Source: Asterias rubens (Eukaryota). From it: a DNA stretch of 64,000 bases. This document shows positions 51,752 through 64,000 of the stretch, piece by piece. The notes under the pieces were generated by a model that saw only the letters and a program-made list of their open reading frames with translations, was not told where the DNA came from and searched no databases. Location: assembly GCF_902459465.1 (NCBI RefSeq), contig NC_047066.1, positions 2,232,001 to 2,296,000 on the forward strand. Direction: 5' to 3'. How positions within the stretch are numbered: position 1 is the first letter of the stretch; each line of letters opens with the position of its first letter. The position numbers and the translations under genes are program-made.

Positions 51752-53039
51752 TGGTAATATATGATTGGTAGAGCTGACGGTCTTGTGACGTATACAGTTT
51801 TCAGGTTTTGTGTCATCAACCAATGAACATGAAATAAAAACCTGTGAAAAAAGGCAGGATCCAATTCCATTGTTTGAACCAAGAGAAAATAGTACAAAAA
51901 TCAAGCTCAATTTTCAACATATAGGCCTGATAATACACAATGTCCTTAGTTATGGTTGTCACCACCAAAATCAGCTGTTTTGGTTTTCAGATGCAGTTTT
52001 CTCGAATATGACTCCATTTCAGGCTGAAATATTTCACAGAAAAAAACTAGTACAAACTTAACAATCACAAAGCTCCAGACTAAAATCAAACAATATTTGT
52101 ATTTATCCTTACCATTACCAATTTCTGTATAATACCTGTAAAATATGTGTGCTAAATGAAAATAAGTTAGGACAGTAATTAATGTGCGTCTTGTAAACAC
52201 AAAGGCTACTTTTGATTCCTATTGTTTATAAAATTTATTAGCAATAAATTCATACATTAATTAATTTGTTATTGGTATTTTTTCCAATAGACCCCACTTT
52301 CACCAAGGTGAAACATGGTTATACAATGGTCAACCCCGAGTTACAACTTGTTTCATTTCAATCTAATAATATATAATAATAATAATATTAATAATATTAA
52401 TAATAACTAGTTCTTATATAGCGCATTTTACTTCACACTAACTGTCTTACTTCACACTAGCTGCCGTTATAACAAACGGTTACAAACGCTTTTCAAAAAC
52501 CAACTCGACCAATCCAGGGCAACGTGTTCCTTTAACCACTCGGCCATGACATCCTATATTTTACATTCCTCCATACACCAACCACGATATCATTGCAGGC
52601 TGTCATATCATAGCTCATCTATGCCTCAAAAACACAGTGGGTATTAAATCAAATCAAATGTCAGATGTCGCACTAACAGCTACAAGACAAGCATTATTCC
52701 ATACCTGGTTAACCTCATCAACAAACAATAGCTTGTTTTATTCCTCTTGTCAGGAAATCAACTTATCAACATATTCAATAGCTTGTTTTTTTGGTTGTCC
52801 TTGTTTTTGTTTTTAAAATGTTTTTGATATGCAATGCTTTCCCAATATGGTTAGGGACTGTTCTGTGGTTGTTATGTTTTTTGTGTGCAATTCTGGGTCT
52901 TTTGCCCTGTTATTTGTGGGGTCTTGTGTCCTTTGTGCATTTAAACGTTCCTGCTTTTATTGTTTTAACTACCTTTTTATTGTATAAACTGCCAAATCGT
53001 ACATTTAAGGCCACAATTCAGTTTTTTTTTAAATAATAA

Positions 53040-53335
53040 AATGGTCAACAGTAGGAGGGTCAACTGTGAGTACTATTTATGAAATCACCACATTGCAGGC
53101 TGGCATAGCACACCCATCATTCAAAACCATGTGGATGTTATTGAATGGTCAACCAGTAGGAGGGTTGACTGTGTGTACTTTGTAGATGAATTCACCATGA
53201 ATTGCAAGCTGGCTTGGCACATCCATCATTCAAATCCAAGTTATTGAATGGTCAAACAGTAAGATGGTTGACCATGTACTGTGTAGACTCATTCACCACA
53301 TGATAACATATGAACATGTAAATGCAGCTTGACAT
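53040..53335. repeat. Degenerate ~105-bp tandem repeat (about 3 units) downstream of the Orai stop
   Basis: ATGGTCAA(C)CAGTAGGAGGG..CACC..CATCATTCAAA..TTATTGA recurs. Confidence 0.7.
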
Positions 53336-53500
53336 AGTTTGTTCATCATCATAACCTCAGAAGGTGATAATGAATGGTCAGACAGTAGGACATACATGTA
53401 CGTAAGAGTTTATTTGAAAAAGCCCAACATCCTTACATTTACTACAACCAAAAATAAAAGATGACTATTCGTTATAAATAAACAATTTGGGTGTTTCCTC

Positions 53501-55017
53501 TCAAACATGTTGAATCACATGCGACTCTCTGCCCTCTTGGTCAGGTGTGGACTTGCTCCCGCCATTATCAAGTTCAACCGCCATACTCTCGAGTTCCTCA
53601 AGTCCTCTGGTGGAGCGTTCATACTTATGTGCCACCAAGTTGCGATAGAAATTGACGGCGAAGACGCATAAAATAATGAGAACTGGAATGGCAATCGCAG
53701 TGGATGCAATGGCTGCATACCTATACATGTGGAACTTGACCCAGCTCAATAAGATGATGTCAAGAAGGAAAAACACAATGCCAAAGATGGTGGAGAAGGC
53801 CCATGCCATCTCGATGTAGCAGTGGAGGCTGTCGTGTGGCGATTCATGCACAGCATTCACATTGTGAACGTTGCTGACGGCTTCAATGTTTGGCAAGATG
53901 CACGTGCTGATTAATAATGCGAACATGTGAACCACAACTAGTAGAGTGGTACATACGCTGAAAGCAACCATCAGGCCGGTTGGAATTTCATCTTGGTCCA
54001 GCTGAATTTCCACCAAGGCAACCTGGAAAAAAAAAATGAATGTATTGTAATTGACAATTTTGCAGTAACCTCAACCATGTAAATCCTGGATTTTGTCAAA
54101 AGTTTCTCATCAATCATAACTTGAGTCTTAAGCCCGGTTCATACTTCATGCGAACGCGAATGCGAAGCGAATTTGAGGTCACACCCTCTTTTCGCAGCGA
54201 TTATTCGCAAGGGAGTAGAGCAGTGCTCAACTGCTGCGAATTGTTCGTTGCGAATTTGTGACGTCAAGATTCGCTTCGCATTCGCATTCGCAGGAAGTAT
54301 GAACCGGGCTTTAAAGGGGTGATGAACTACACTGGTTTGATTGGCTGCATATTGCGCCACATTACCTAGAAATAAACCATTACACTGTGCTATAAAAAGG
54401 ATTAGGTCTTGTAATTCAAACGACAAACGTAGTCCCACATCTTGCAGCAAATAGTGCATGTTTATACAGTGCCTTGAGCGTCACCGAGTGACAGATTATG
54501 CGCAATATAGGCTATAAGAAGCCACTATTATTAAGCGCACGTCTGGTCCGCTGGCCAAATGCCGCTGATTGCTAGTTTAAAACACTTCTGAGGACTAGGA
54601 CAAACTTTTTTAGCCCATTTTTAGTGAATAGATAACACCAAATACAAAGTATAAAAATAACGAATGTAAAAGTGGTGGCAGGATATGAATATTTTTCCTC
54701 CATGGAAAAGTTTCTGCATGGCGCCACCACTTTTTCATTCGATATAAAATAATATAGTATCTAATCTTCTCAATGATGAAAATGAGATATTCCTTTTTGT
54801 AAAAATAAGTGATAAAGTGGTGGCGCCATCATACGGAAAGTTATCCAATTTTCCAACTTAAGAGAAGACAGCAATCAAGACAGCAATACAAAAACAGTTC
54901 ATTTACCATTGCAAAACCAGCAAGCAGAGCTGACGTTCTGTTGGAAGCTTTCAGTTTGGCTCTACTGAGGTACAGGCGCCTCCACGACAGCGCCTGTACC
55001 GAATGTTGATTTGCCAT
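53501..55017 (-). CDS. ORAI: Orai (CRAC channel pore subunit). Coding exons 55017-54907 and 54022-53501; N-terminus may extend further upstream
   Basis: [33 protein letters not shown]|VALVEIQL (pore Glu), [14 protein letters not shown] and [10 protein letters not shown]. The intron is a phase-0 GT-AG intron with a poly-T acceptor. Confidence 0.96.
54131..54310. mobile_element. PIF/Harbinger-type MITE in the Orai intron
   Basis: TTA|AGCCCGGTTCATACTTC ... GAAGTATGAACCGGGCT|TTA. Confidence 0.85.
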
Positions 55018-55146
55018 TTCTGTCACATACGACCGGTACACCCAATCGGAATAGCTGCTGTTTGACTGAATTTTGGCAACTGTCCCGCTGGGGCCCACAG
55101 TACAGGCAGTATTTTCGGTTGGTAGGTATTGTTGACTTGACCTTCA

Positions 55147-56076
55147 ACTTTGATTTGTACCGCGTTTCACTCAAAAGCGCAAACAACAGTTCGTTCCTAT
55201 TTTTATTGTATTGCTCGATATGTACCGTGTACTCATGTAGCCGTCAGTTTAAACCATGGAGGAGTAAGGACAAGACTCAGAGCAAGGACCACACACACAC
55301 GCAGACAAACGGCAATAAAAATGTGTCAACAAAACAGTTAACACTCATGATAATAGAACAATTATGTTGTATACAATGCCGGTTTTCGGTTCTAAATTTG
55401 TTGCAAGCAAATTCTGGTAATGACCATTCTGAAAAACTGTGTCTTATTTTAGCGATAGGTGGTGAGAACTGACGAGGAATTCGAGAAAAAATGTAGCAGG
55501 TGACAGCAGAAGAATTTATTAGTGCGGAACTAAAATAAATTTCCAGGTCCTCTTTCCCATAACTGTTTGCTCGATCCTGGTTTCGCTCGGCCCCAGCATG
55601 CAGCGGCCGCGGCCACCGATCTATCTTGGCATCATGGAGGTAGGAATTCCATGATCCAGGACAACAATTGAAGGCGCTTGGTCCGAGCGAAGATCCTGGT
55701 CTGACCATTCAGCTATAATGCGCGAACGAAATCGACTGTTTTAACTGATCTACTTCACGACAGCTTAAAAGACGAAGTTTTCTTTCCTGAGAGAAAGATG
55801 TGTGCATAAATTCGTTCTTATTTTGGTAGCGTTGCTTTATCGAAATATTATTAGTTTGAGAACGATGCTGCAAAGGTCAAGGGTTATTGGTCTGATCTCC
55901 GTCTCGATTCTTGTCGCAAGTTCCAGGTTAAAACACACTAACCTAGGTGATCAGACTATTGCCAATTGTAAGCGGACGGTGTGTGTACGTGACTGACTCT
56001 TCGTGCGTAAAAGCTTAGTTGTTTTGTTCGCAAACTCGCAATTTTCCCCTCATTTTGTTTGAGATGAACTAAAAAA
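55147..56076. promoter_or_regulatory. Probable shared divergent promoter and 5' UTR region of Orai and KDM2
   Basis: Only ~1.06 kb separates the two divergent ATGs. A CpG-rich patch lies at ~55570-55740. Confidence 0.6.
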
Positions 56077-59000
56077 ATGGCTTCTTCAAAAGATACAGGG
56101 AGGAGCTTGGTATGTTTGATACTTTTTAAATATTTCTTGTTATTGATTTTATGCGTGCAGCGCAACTTTACCTAGTTTATGTTTTGAATGGTACACAAAA
56201 ACAGTTGAAGGTGACTAACGATGAGATTGTGCAGCGCAATGTTAAGATTTTCAGCCGGCAGCAATGCTGCTAAATGCGTTACGCAATCTCATAATTCAGG
56301 GAATGTGGTCGTTCTTACTGCAATACAAATTGATAATGTTGCGCATGATGTGAACAAGCGAAATTCGGTCCTACTACTTGCCGTCAACTCGCCGACTTGC
56401 CGTCAACTCGCCGTCAACTCATTTTCGTGCCGTCAACTCATTAAATGTCCCATTAAATTTACATGAAAAATCTATAAAAAGGGGGCACGGAAGTGTTAAG
56501 TCTGGGCTAAACTACATATTTCTCATGGTTTTCGGTACAAATTCATTCACAAAAACGACTTTGTGTTGATAAAAAAAAAGTACCAATCATTGACATCTTG
56601 GGCCAAGACTAATCATTGTGAAAAAGCAAGATGGCGACCGACAGTTTTTTGGCTTCGAGAATTTTTTTTCACGAGAAAAAAAATCAATTTTTATCTCGAA
56701 ATATGACCTAAAACTTACGCGAGTTCTCTTTGACCTGATACTTTACAGTTCTATGCTTCTTTTGTGGATTTTAAATGTATATTGGAGGAGTTGACGGCGA
56801 GTTGACGGCGCAAGTGAGTTGACGGCGAGTTGACGGCAAGTAGTAGGACCCGCGAAATTAGGGGAGATTCATTATTGTGTTGTTATTGAGCCGTTTGATT
56901 TGTAGTATTACGACAGTGGAACATGACAGTGTCAGTGTCACTGTCACTTAAAGTTATTTGTGTCAGTTTCAGACTAATCAGTGTAGTGTGTTTTCTTTTT
57001 GTGTAGTGTGCAGATGACTGTTCTTTTAAATATAAATGATTGTGTTTTTTTGATACGGTCTTCCCAAGTAAGAAGAACAGTAGAAAAAATAGAACACAAG
57101 AACTGGCACGCTCACAGCCTGCACACAGCAAAGCCAAAGGCAAAGCTCCCACAACAAAAAGCGAGGTTAAAAAGGGATATAAATAAACGTGCCTACAACA
57201 AGGGAATAATAGTCTTAAGTATATTCAGCCAATTTCTCTTTGGTCTCGGCTAAGTCTGCTCACTAGTAGCAGGGTTGTCCACAGTTTTTGAAGTAGCAGG
57301 TGAAAAAGTACAAGTACAAGTAGCCGGTTTTTTTGTCTAAGTACTTAGCAAGCACCAAGCAATGCTCTCATAACATTAGGGAGGTCGACGGGTTTTCCAA
57401 TTTTTTTACGAAAAAAAAAGAAGTTTGGTACCATTGGAAAGCTTATCTCAAACGTAATCTAATGGTAGTAAAATCAATCATTTATCTAAAGTTGCGGAGA
57501 TATTATATTTTAATGTATTTTGTACTTTTCTATCAGATTTTTGTTTGTTTAGTTTAAAGGTCTTTGTCAAAACAATTGTCCAAAATGTTTTTAAAAATAA
57601 TCGCATGTACCTTTATACCAAAATCTCCAGGTCTCCCACTTATATATAATATGTAAACAACTTTTCTCTTGATGATCAATCAACTTGCTAAATACAGCCT
57701 ATATAATACAGCCTGTAATAGGGGGAAATGTAGCCCAGGTATGCACATGACCATGAAGGTATAAGCTTTCAATGAAAATATGAGTTTTGTATAGGTTTTG
57801 TATTATAGCATTTCATGGAATAATATTTCAAGAGAAGTACTTCACCATTACCTTCTGTAAACCCTGCAAGTTATTTGTAAATCTGTGAACTTTTTTTCTT
57901 TTTTTTCCGTTCCGAAAGTGTCCAATGGCTTTAAAAGGAAACTAAACTAATGGAAGACTGAAATAAAACTCATGTTGGGAAACTGAATTATAGTTTCAAC
58001 TCATTTTAATCGAAAGGTTTCTTACCTCAATTAATCAATGAACATAGGAAATAAATACATAAGTGGTATGACGAACGCCCTGGAGTCATCTGCGCCAGTT
58101 CAATGGGCACAGGGTGTTTTATATGGGGACATAACAATGAGGTCGTAGTGGGTTTCCTGAGCTACAGAAAAGAGCTCCACAACAGTTGTTTGCAACAGCC
58201 AATTCTATTTTCTCATTTGTAACAATCTGTCTACAGCGTGCCAAAGCAAGACGCCACTATAATGAAGGGGAGCACCAAGACGATGAAATTGAAGGAAAAC
58301 GAACTTGGAACCTTGAGGAAAAACTCACCAGCGAAAGATTCACCAACAAATGGGTGAAAATAATGCAAGGACAAGGTGAAGTATGTGAGGACTAAAAAAC
58401 AAGCTGGACACATGCACCAAGTACATGCAATTGTAAGACCAAGAATTATCCCAAACCATTGCTCGAATTTGACACTGGACCACTGGCCAGTGATTTCAGT
58501 GTTGGGCCAGTAAACTCAATACGAAAAAAATCCGGTGGTCTTGTTTTCTTTCTTTTAATTCAACATCTTTGTCTAAAAAGAATGATGTTCAACTGTTGAG
58601 CTTTAGTCCAAATGTTGAGCTTGAGTCTTACAAATATCTTTAAGTCTTGCCGAGTATCACCAATAAAACAGAAGAAGAGATAAATCTACTCTCATTGTTT
58701 GTTTGAACCTGTGCTCTCGGTTTCATTCTAGTCTCTTCTCATTTTGATTCTAGTCTCTTCTCATTTTGATTCAAGTATCTTCTCATTTTGATTCTAGTCT
58801 CTTCTCATTTTGATTCTAGTCTCTTCTCATTTTGATTCTAGTCTCTTCTCATTTTGATTCTAGTCTCTTCTCATTTTGATTCGAGTCTCTTCTCATTTTG
58901 ATTCTAGTCTCTTCTCATTTTGATTCTAGTCTCTTCTCATTTTGATTCGAGTCTCTTCTCATTTTGATTTGAGTCTCTTCTCATTTTGATTCTAGTCTCT

Positions 59001-62000
59001 TCTCATTTTGATTCTAGTCTCTTCTCATTTTGATTCTAGTCTCTTCTCATTTTGATTCTAGTCTCTTCTCATTTTGATTCTAGTTTCTTCTCATTTTGAT
59101 TCTAGTCTCTTCTCATTTTGATTCTAGTCTCTTCTCATTTTGATTCTAGTCTCTTCTCATTTTGATTCTAGTCTCTTCTCATTTTGATTCTAGTCTCTTC
59201 TCATTTTGATTCTAGTCTCTTCTCATTTTGATTCGAGTCTCTTCTCATTTTGATTTCGAGTCTCTTCTCATTTTGATTTGAGTCTCTTCTCATTTTGATT
59301 TGAGTCTCTTCTCATTTTGATTTGAGTCTCTTCTCATTTTGATTCTAGTCTCTTCTCATTTTGATTCTAGTCTCTTCTCATTTTGATTCTAGTCTCTTCT
59401 CATTTTGATTCTAGTCTCTTCTCATTTTGATTCTAGTCTCTTCTCATTTTGATTCTAGTCTCTTCTCATTTTGATTCTAGTCTCTTCTCATTTTGATTCT
59501 AGTCTCTTCTCATTTTGATTCTAGTCTCTTCTCATTTTGATTCTAGTCTCTTCTCATTTTGATTCTAGTCTCTTCTCATTTTGATTCTATTCTCTTCTCA
59601 TTTTGATTCTAGTCTCTTCTCATTTTGATTCTAGTCTCTTCTCATTTTGATTCTAGTCTCTTCTCATTTTGATTCTAGTCTCTTCTCATTTTGATTCTAG
59701 TCTTTACTCATTTTGATTCTAGTCTCTTCTCATTTTGATTCTAGTCTCTTCTCATTTTGATTCTAGTCTCTCTCATTTTGATTCTAGTCTCTTCTCATTT
59801 TGATTCTAGTCTCTTCTCATTTTGATTCTAGTCTCTTCTCATTTGATTCTAGTCCTCTTCTCATTTTGATTCTAGTCTCTTCTCATTTTGATTCTAGTCT
59901 CTTCTCATTTTGATTCTAGTCTCTTCTCATTTTGATTCTAGTCTCTTCTCATTTTGATTCTAGTCTCTTCTCATTTTGATTCTAGTCTCTTCTCATTTTG
60001 ATTCTAGTCTCTTCTCATTTTGATTCTAGTCTCTTCTCATTTTGATTCTAGTCTCTTCTCATTTTGATTCTAGTCTCTTCTCATTTTGATTCTAGTCTCT
60101 TCTCATTTTGATTCTAGTCTCTTCTCATTTTGATTCTAGTCTCTTCTCATTTTGATTCTAGTCTCTTCTCATTTTGATTCTAGTCTCTTCTCATTTTGAT
60201 TCTAGTCTCTTCTCATTTTGATTCTAGTCTCTTCTCATTTTGATTCTAGTCTCTTCTCATTTTGATTCTAGTCTCTTCTCATTTGATTCTAGTCTCTTCT
60301 CATTTTGATTCTAGTCTCTTACTCATTTTGATTCTAGTCTCTTCTCATTTTGATTCTAGTCTCCTTCTCATTTTGATTCTAGTCTCTCTCATTTTGATTC
60401 TAGTCTCTCCTCATTTTGATTCTAGTCTCTTCTCATTTTGATTCTAGTCTCTTCTCATTTTGATTCTAGTCTCTTCTCATTTTGATTCTAGTCTCTTCTC
60501 ATTTTGATTCTAGTCTCTTCTCATTTTGATTCTAGTCTCTTCTCATTTTGATTCTAGTCTCTTCTCATTTGATTCTAGTCTCTTCTCATTTTGATTCTAG
60601 TCTCTTCTCATTTTGATTCTAGTCTCTTCTCATTTTGATTCTAGTCTCTTCTCATTTTGATTCTAGTCTCTTCTCATTTTGATTCTAGTCTCTTCTCATT
60701 TTGATTCTAGTCTCTTCTCATTTTGATTCTAGTCTCTTCTCATTTTGATTCTAGTCTCTTCTCATTTTGATTCTAGTCTCTTCTCATTTTGATTCTAGTC
60801 TCTTCTCATTTTGATTCTAGTCTCTTCTCATTTTGATTCTAGTCTCTTCTCATTTTGATTCTAGTCTCTTCTCATTTTGATTCTAGTCTCTTCTCATTTT
60901 GATTCTAGTCTCTTCTCATTTTGATTCTAGTCTCTTCTCATTTTGATTCGAGTCTCTTCTCATTTTGATTCGAGTCTCTTCTCATTTTGATTCGAGTCTC
61001 TTCTCATTTTGATTCGAGTCTCTTCTCATTTTGATTCTAGTCTCTTCTCATTTTGATTCTAGTCTCTTCTCATTTTGATTCTAGTCTCTTCTCATTTTGA
61101 TTCTAGTCTCTTCTCATTTTGATTCTAGTCTCTTCTCATTTTGATTCTAGTCTCTTCTCATTTTGATTCTAGTCTCTTCTCATTTTGATTCTAGTCTCTT
61201 CTCATTTTGATTCTAGTCTCTTCTCATTTTGATTCTAGTCTCTTCTCATTTTGATTCTAGTCTCTTCTCATTTTGATTCTATTCTCTTCTCATTTTGATT
61301 CTAGTCTCTTTTCATTTTGATTCTAGTCTCTTCTCATTTTGATTCTAGTCTCTTCTCATTTTGATTCTAGTCTCTTCTCATTTTGATTCTAGTCTCTTCT
61401 CATTTTGATTCGAGTCTCTTCTCATTTTGATTCTAGTCTCTTCTCATTTTGATTCTAGTCTCCTCTCATTTTGATTCTAGTCTCTCCTCATTTTGATTCT
61501 AGTCTCTTCTCATTTTGATTCTAGTCTCTTCTCATTTTGATTCTAGCCTCTTCTCATTTTGATTCTAGTCTCTTCTCATTTTGATTCTAGTCTCTTCTCA
61601 TTTTGATTCTAGTCTCTTCTCATTTTGATTCTAGTCTCTTCTCATTTTGATTCTAGTCTCTTCTCATTTTGATTCTAGTCTCTTCTCATTTTGATTCTAG
61701 TCTCTTCTCATTTTGATTCTAGTCTCTTCTCATTTTGATTCTAGTCTCTTCTCATTTTGATTCTAGTCTCTTCTCATTTTGATTCTGGTCTTGTAATTAA
61801 AATCCCGGTCCAGTAAAGATTCTGAGCTAAAAGTTCTACAGTTTTGTGGGGTTTTCCCCAAAGTTCAAGCCCTGCAAACTATCAAAGCAAAAATCAAAGC
61901 ACTGGTTTCAATCCGGGTGATTTGCCGTACGACGCGCCCTCTACAGTTTGCCCAGGAGAGGCTATTTTTTGCAGTGCATACTTGGGGAAAAGGTTGAACC

Positions 62001-63081
62001 AAATGTATTGCCTCCATCCCCCAGTCATTGCATGCCTTGGTGCCCCTTAAAATGGTCCTGTAAAACTTTATTTTTGACTCATCAAGTTGCCCTCTCTGAA
62101 GGAGAAACCGCCCTGCCCTTTATCTCTGTCACAAAAGTCAGCCATGTACATAATGTATTTTGAACGTTAAGGGGAATGGTCCAATGTTATCGTCCTTGAG
62201 CACAAGCTGGAATACTTAATCCAATCAAATTAGAATGTTCCTACCGTCTGGCTTTTTGAGTTGTTTTCTTACAAGAATGAAGTATCAGGCTTGATACTAA
62301 TGCACTAATGCTTTAATTTGATGACTTTTTGTTATACAGAGTTTACTATGAAGTTCTTACAAGAAGGCGGCTTTGATACGCCCATGCTCTTTAAGAGCAC
62401 TGAAGATTTAGGAATCAAGTGAGTAAAGAAAGAGTTTGTAAACACAATCTTACTGCCGAAGTCTGTTGAAGGTGTTTTACATGATTGTTGAGTTGACAAA
62501 ACTGTGGCGGACAATGCTCATGTAATGTGAAAATTACAAACTTGTGAAAACTTTTCAAAACACATTGTGTGAATTGGAATAAAAATTGTAAAAACCATGC
62601 ACAATGTTCAGCATCCAAACACGTTAACGTTTCTTTCTTTGCTTGTAACAACCAAAATCAGCTGTTGCGTGTGATTGGGTTTTTAAATGGTAAGCGACAA
62701 GGGAAACTAACTGGGTAAATTTTAAATGATTTGGGGTCGAACAAATTCAAATTTTCTAAAGCTGGATTTGAACCAACAAACTGGAAGAGCGGCAGCCAAA
62801 GGATCACCTTAAGGGGATGCAACTTATTATTTCTCTAGAAAATTTGTCTTTGTTCAACCCCAAACAATTTTGGCCTAATACAGGCATGATGCACACAGGG
62901 CACCAGACTAGGCTGCATTATTGGTTGGGCTACATTTGTACCTAGAATCTTGTGAATGAAAAAGAAAAATAGAAAAATCGGTCTGTCGTTGGATTGTTTG
63001 TTTATGAATACCATGTGTCCATTTCTCCTAACAGGATACCAGGCAAGGACTTCACTGTGAATGATGTTAAACAACATGTGG
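56077..63081 (+). CDS. KDM2: KDM2 (JmjC H3K36 demethylase, KDM2A/B-like), first four coding exons: 56077-56109, 58237-58375, 62340-62418, 63035-63081; continues past window
   Basis: Spliced product is [89 protein letters not shown]. This matches the KDM2A N-terminus as I recall it ([41 protein letters not shown]). All introns are GT-AG with consistent phases. Confidence 0.93.
56366..56851. mobile_element. MITE with 8-bp target duplication GCGAAATT in KDM2 intron 1
   Basis: TIR GGTCCTACTACTTGCCGTCAACTCGCCG with iterated GCCGTCAACTC subrepeats. TSD at 56358-56365 and 56852-56859. Confidence 0.88.
58725..61786. repeat. 22-bp minisatellite (~140 units, ~3.06 kb) in KDM2 intron 2
   Basis: Unit CTAGTCTCTTCTCATTTTGATT, highly homogeneous. 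Confidence 0.99.
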
Positions 63082-63351
63082 GTAAGTCCAACCACTCCCT
63101 TCCGACTTGAAAACAATTATTTCTGTCTTGGTCCCATGTTGACCAGTGATTTACTTTCTTAAGATCCAAACAGCATGTTGAAAGAGTTTTTTCAGAGTTT
63201 TGGACCAAAATTGCCATTTTGAATTGACGTTTACTTTTTCTTTTTCTTCCCATCAACCAAAACCTCCAGTGTTTGTTACGCAACAGATACTCCACTATTT
63301 ATTATGCAATAAACACATGTCTAGTTATTCTTACTATAAAGTAGGATTTAA

Positions 63352-63732
63352 AGGCACTGGACACTTTGTTAAATTACTCAAAATAAGTGTTAGCATAAAA
63401 ACTTACTTGGTAATGAGCAATGGAGAGAGGTTGATAGTATAAAACATTGTGAGAAACGGCTCCCTCTGAAGTAAGTAGTTTTTGAGAAAGAAATCTCGAG
63501 AAAGAAGTCTTTTCTCACTAAAATGTTTTAATTGAATTTGAAACCTTGGCTGAGTTCACAAATTCAAGCCTTCTGAACACACATAACTTGTGTGAAAAGG
63601 GTGTTTTTTTCTTCCATTATTCGCTCGCAATTGAGTTCAAATTTTCACAGGTTTGTTATTTTATGCATATTGTTGAGATACACCAATTGTGTGAAGGCGG
63701 TCTTTGACAATGACCAAAGGTGTTCAGTGACC
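63352..63732. mobile_element. Non-autonomous TIR element with TTAA flanks (Kolobok-like)
   Basis: TTAA|AGGCACTGGACAC ... GTGTTCAGTGACC|TTAA. Confidence 0.68.
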
Positions 63733-64000
63733 TTAAAGCATGTTGTCAGTATAACTAAGAGAGGTTTGTGACCTTAAAGCATGTTCTCAGTATAACTAAG
63801 AGAGGTTTGTGACCTTAAAGCATGTTCTCAGTATAACTAAGAGAGGTTTGTGACCTTAAAGCATGTAATCAGTATAACTAAGAGGGGTTTGTAACCTTAA
63901 AGCATGTTGTCAGTATAACTAAGAGAGGTTTGTGACCTTAAAGCATGTTCTCAGTATAACTAAGAGAGGTTTGTTACCTTAAAGCATGTTGTCAGTATAA
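63727..64000. repeat. 41-bp tandem repeat (at least 6.5 units, runs off window)
   Basis: Unit TGTGACCTTAAAGCATGTTCTCAGTATAACTAAGAGAGGTT. Confidence 0.97.

Noticed and set aside
62725-62875. tRNA gene (GGTTCAAATCC B-box on the minus strand)
   Set aside because: There is no cloverleaf or A-box. At most it is a degraded tRNA-derived SINE fragment.

Overview
This is AT-rich animal DNA with spliceosomal genes. The transposon content suggests an invertebrate deuterostome such as an echinoderm, but that is inference. The first ~42 kb consists of two overlapping, near-identical tandem duplications (units of ~12.04 kb and ~10.73 kb, layout X'-S-X-S-Y-S-Y). Inside them I can reconstruct a four-level nested insertion. 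A chromodomain-bearing Ty3/gypsy element landed in the start codon of a C-type lectin gene. A hAT transposon landed between its protease and RT, and Helentron/HINE-like sequence landed in the hAT leader. The whole nest is now split and inverted, with the halves about 12 kb apart on opposite strands. The duplicated region also holds a 3.4-kb fold-back element and an intact single-coding-exon GT31 glycosyltransferase gene (two copies). After a 378-N gap come a decayed APE-type LINE with a 2A/StopGo-like motif, several MITEs, and an Orai Ca2+ channel gene head-to-head with a KDM2 histone demethylase gene. KDM2 intron 2 contains a 3-kb 22-bp satellite. I found no CRISPR, rRNA or tRNA genes. All coordinates were counted by hand and may be off by a few bases at degenerate element ends.
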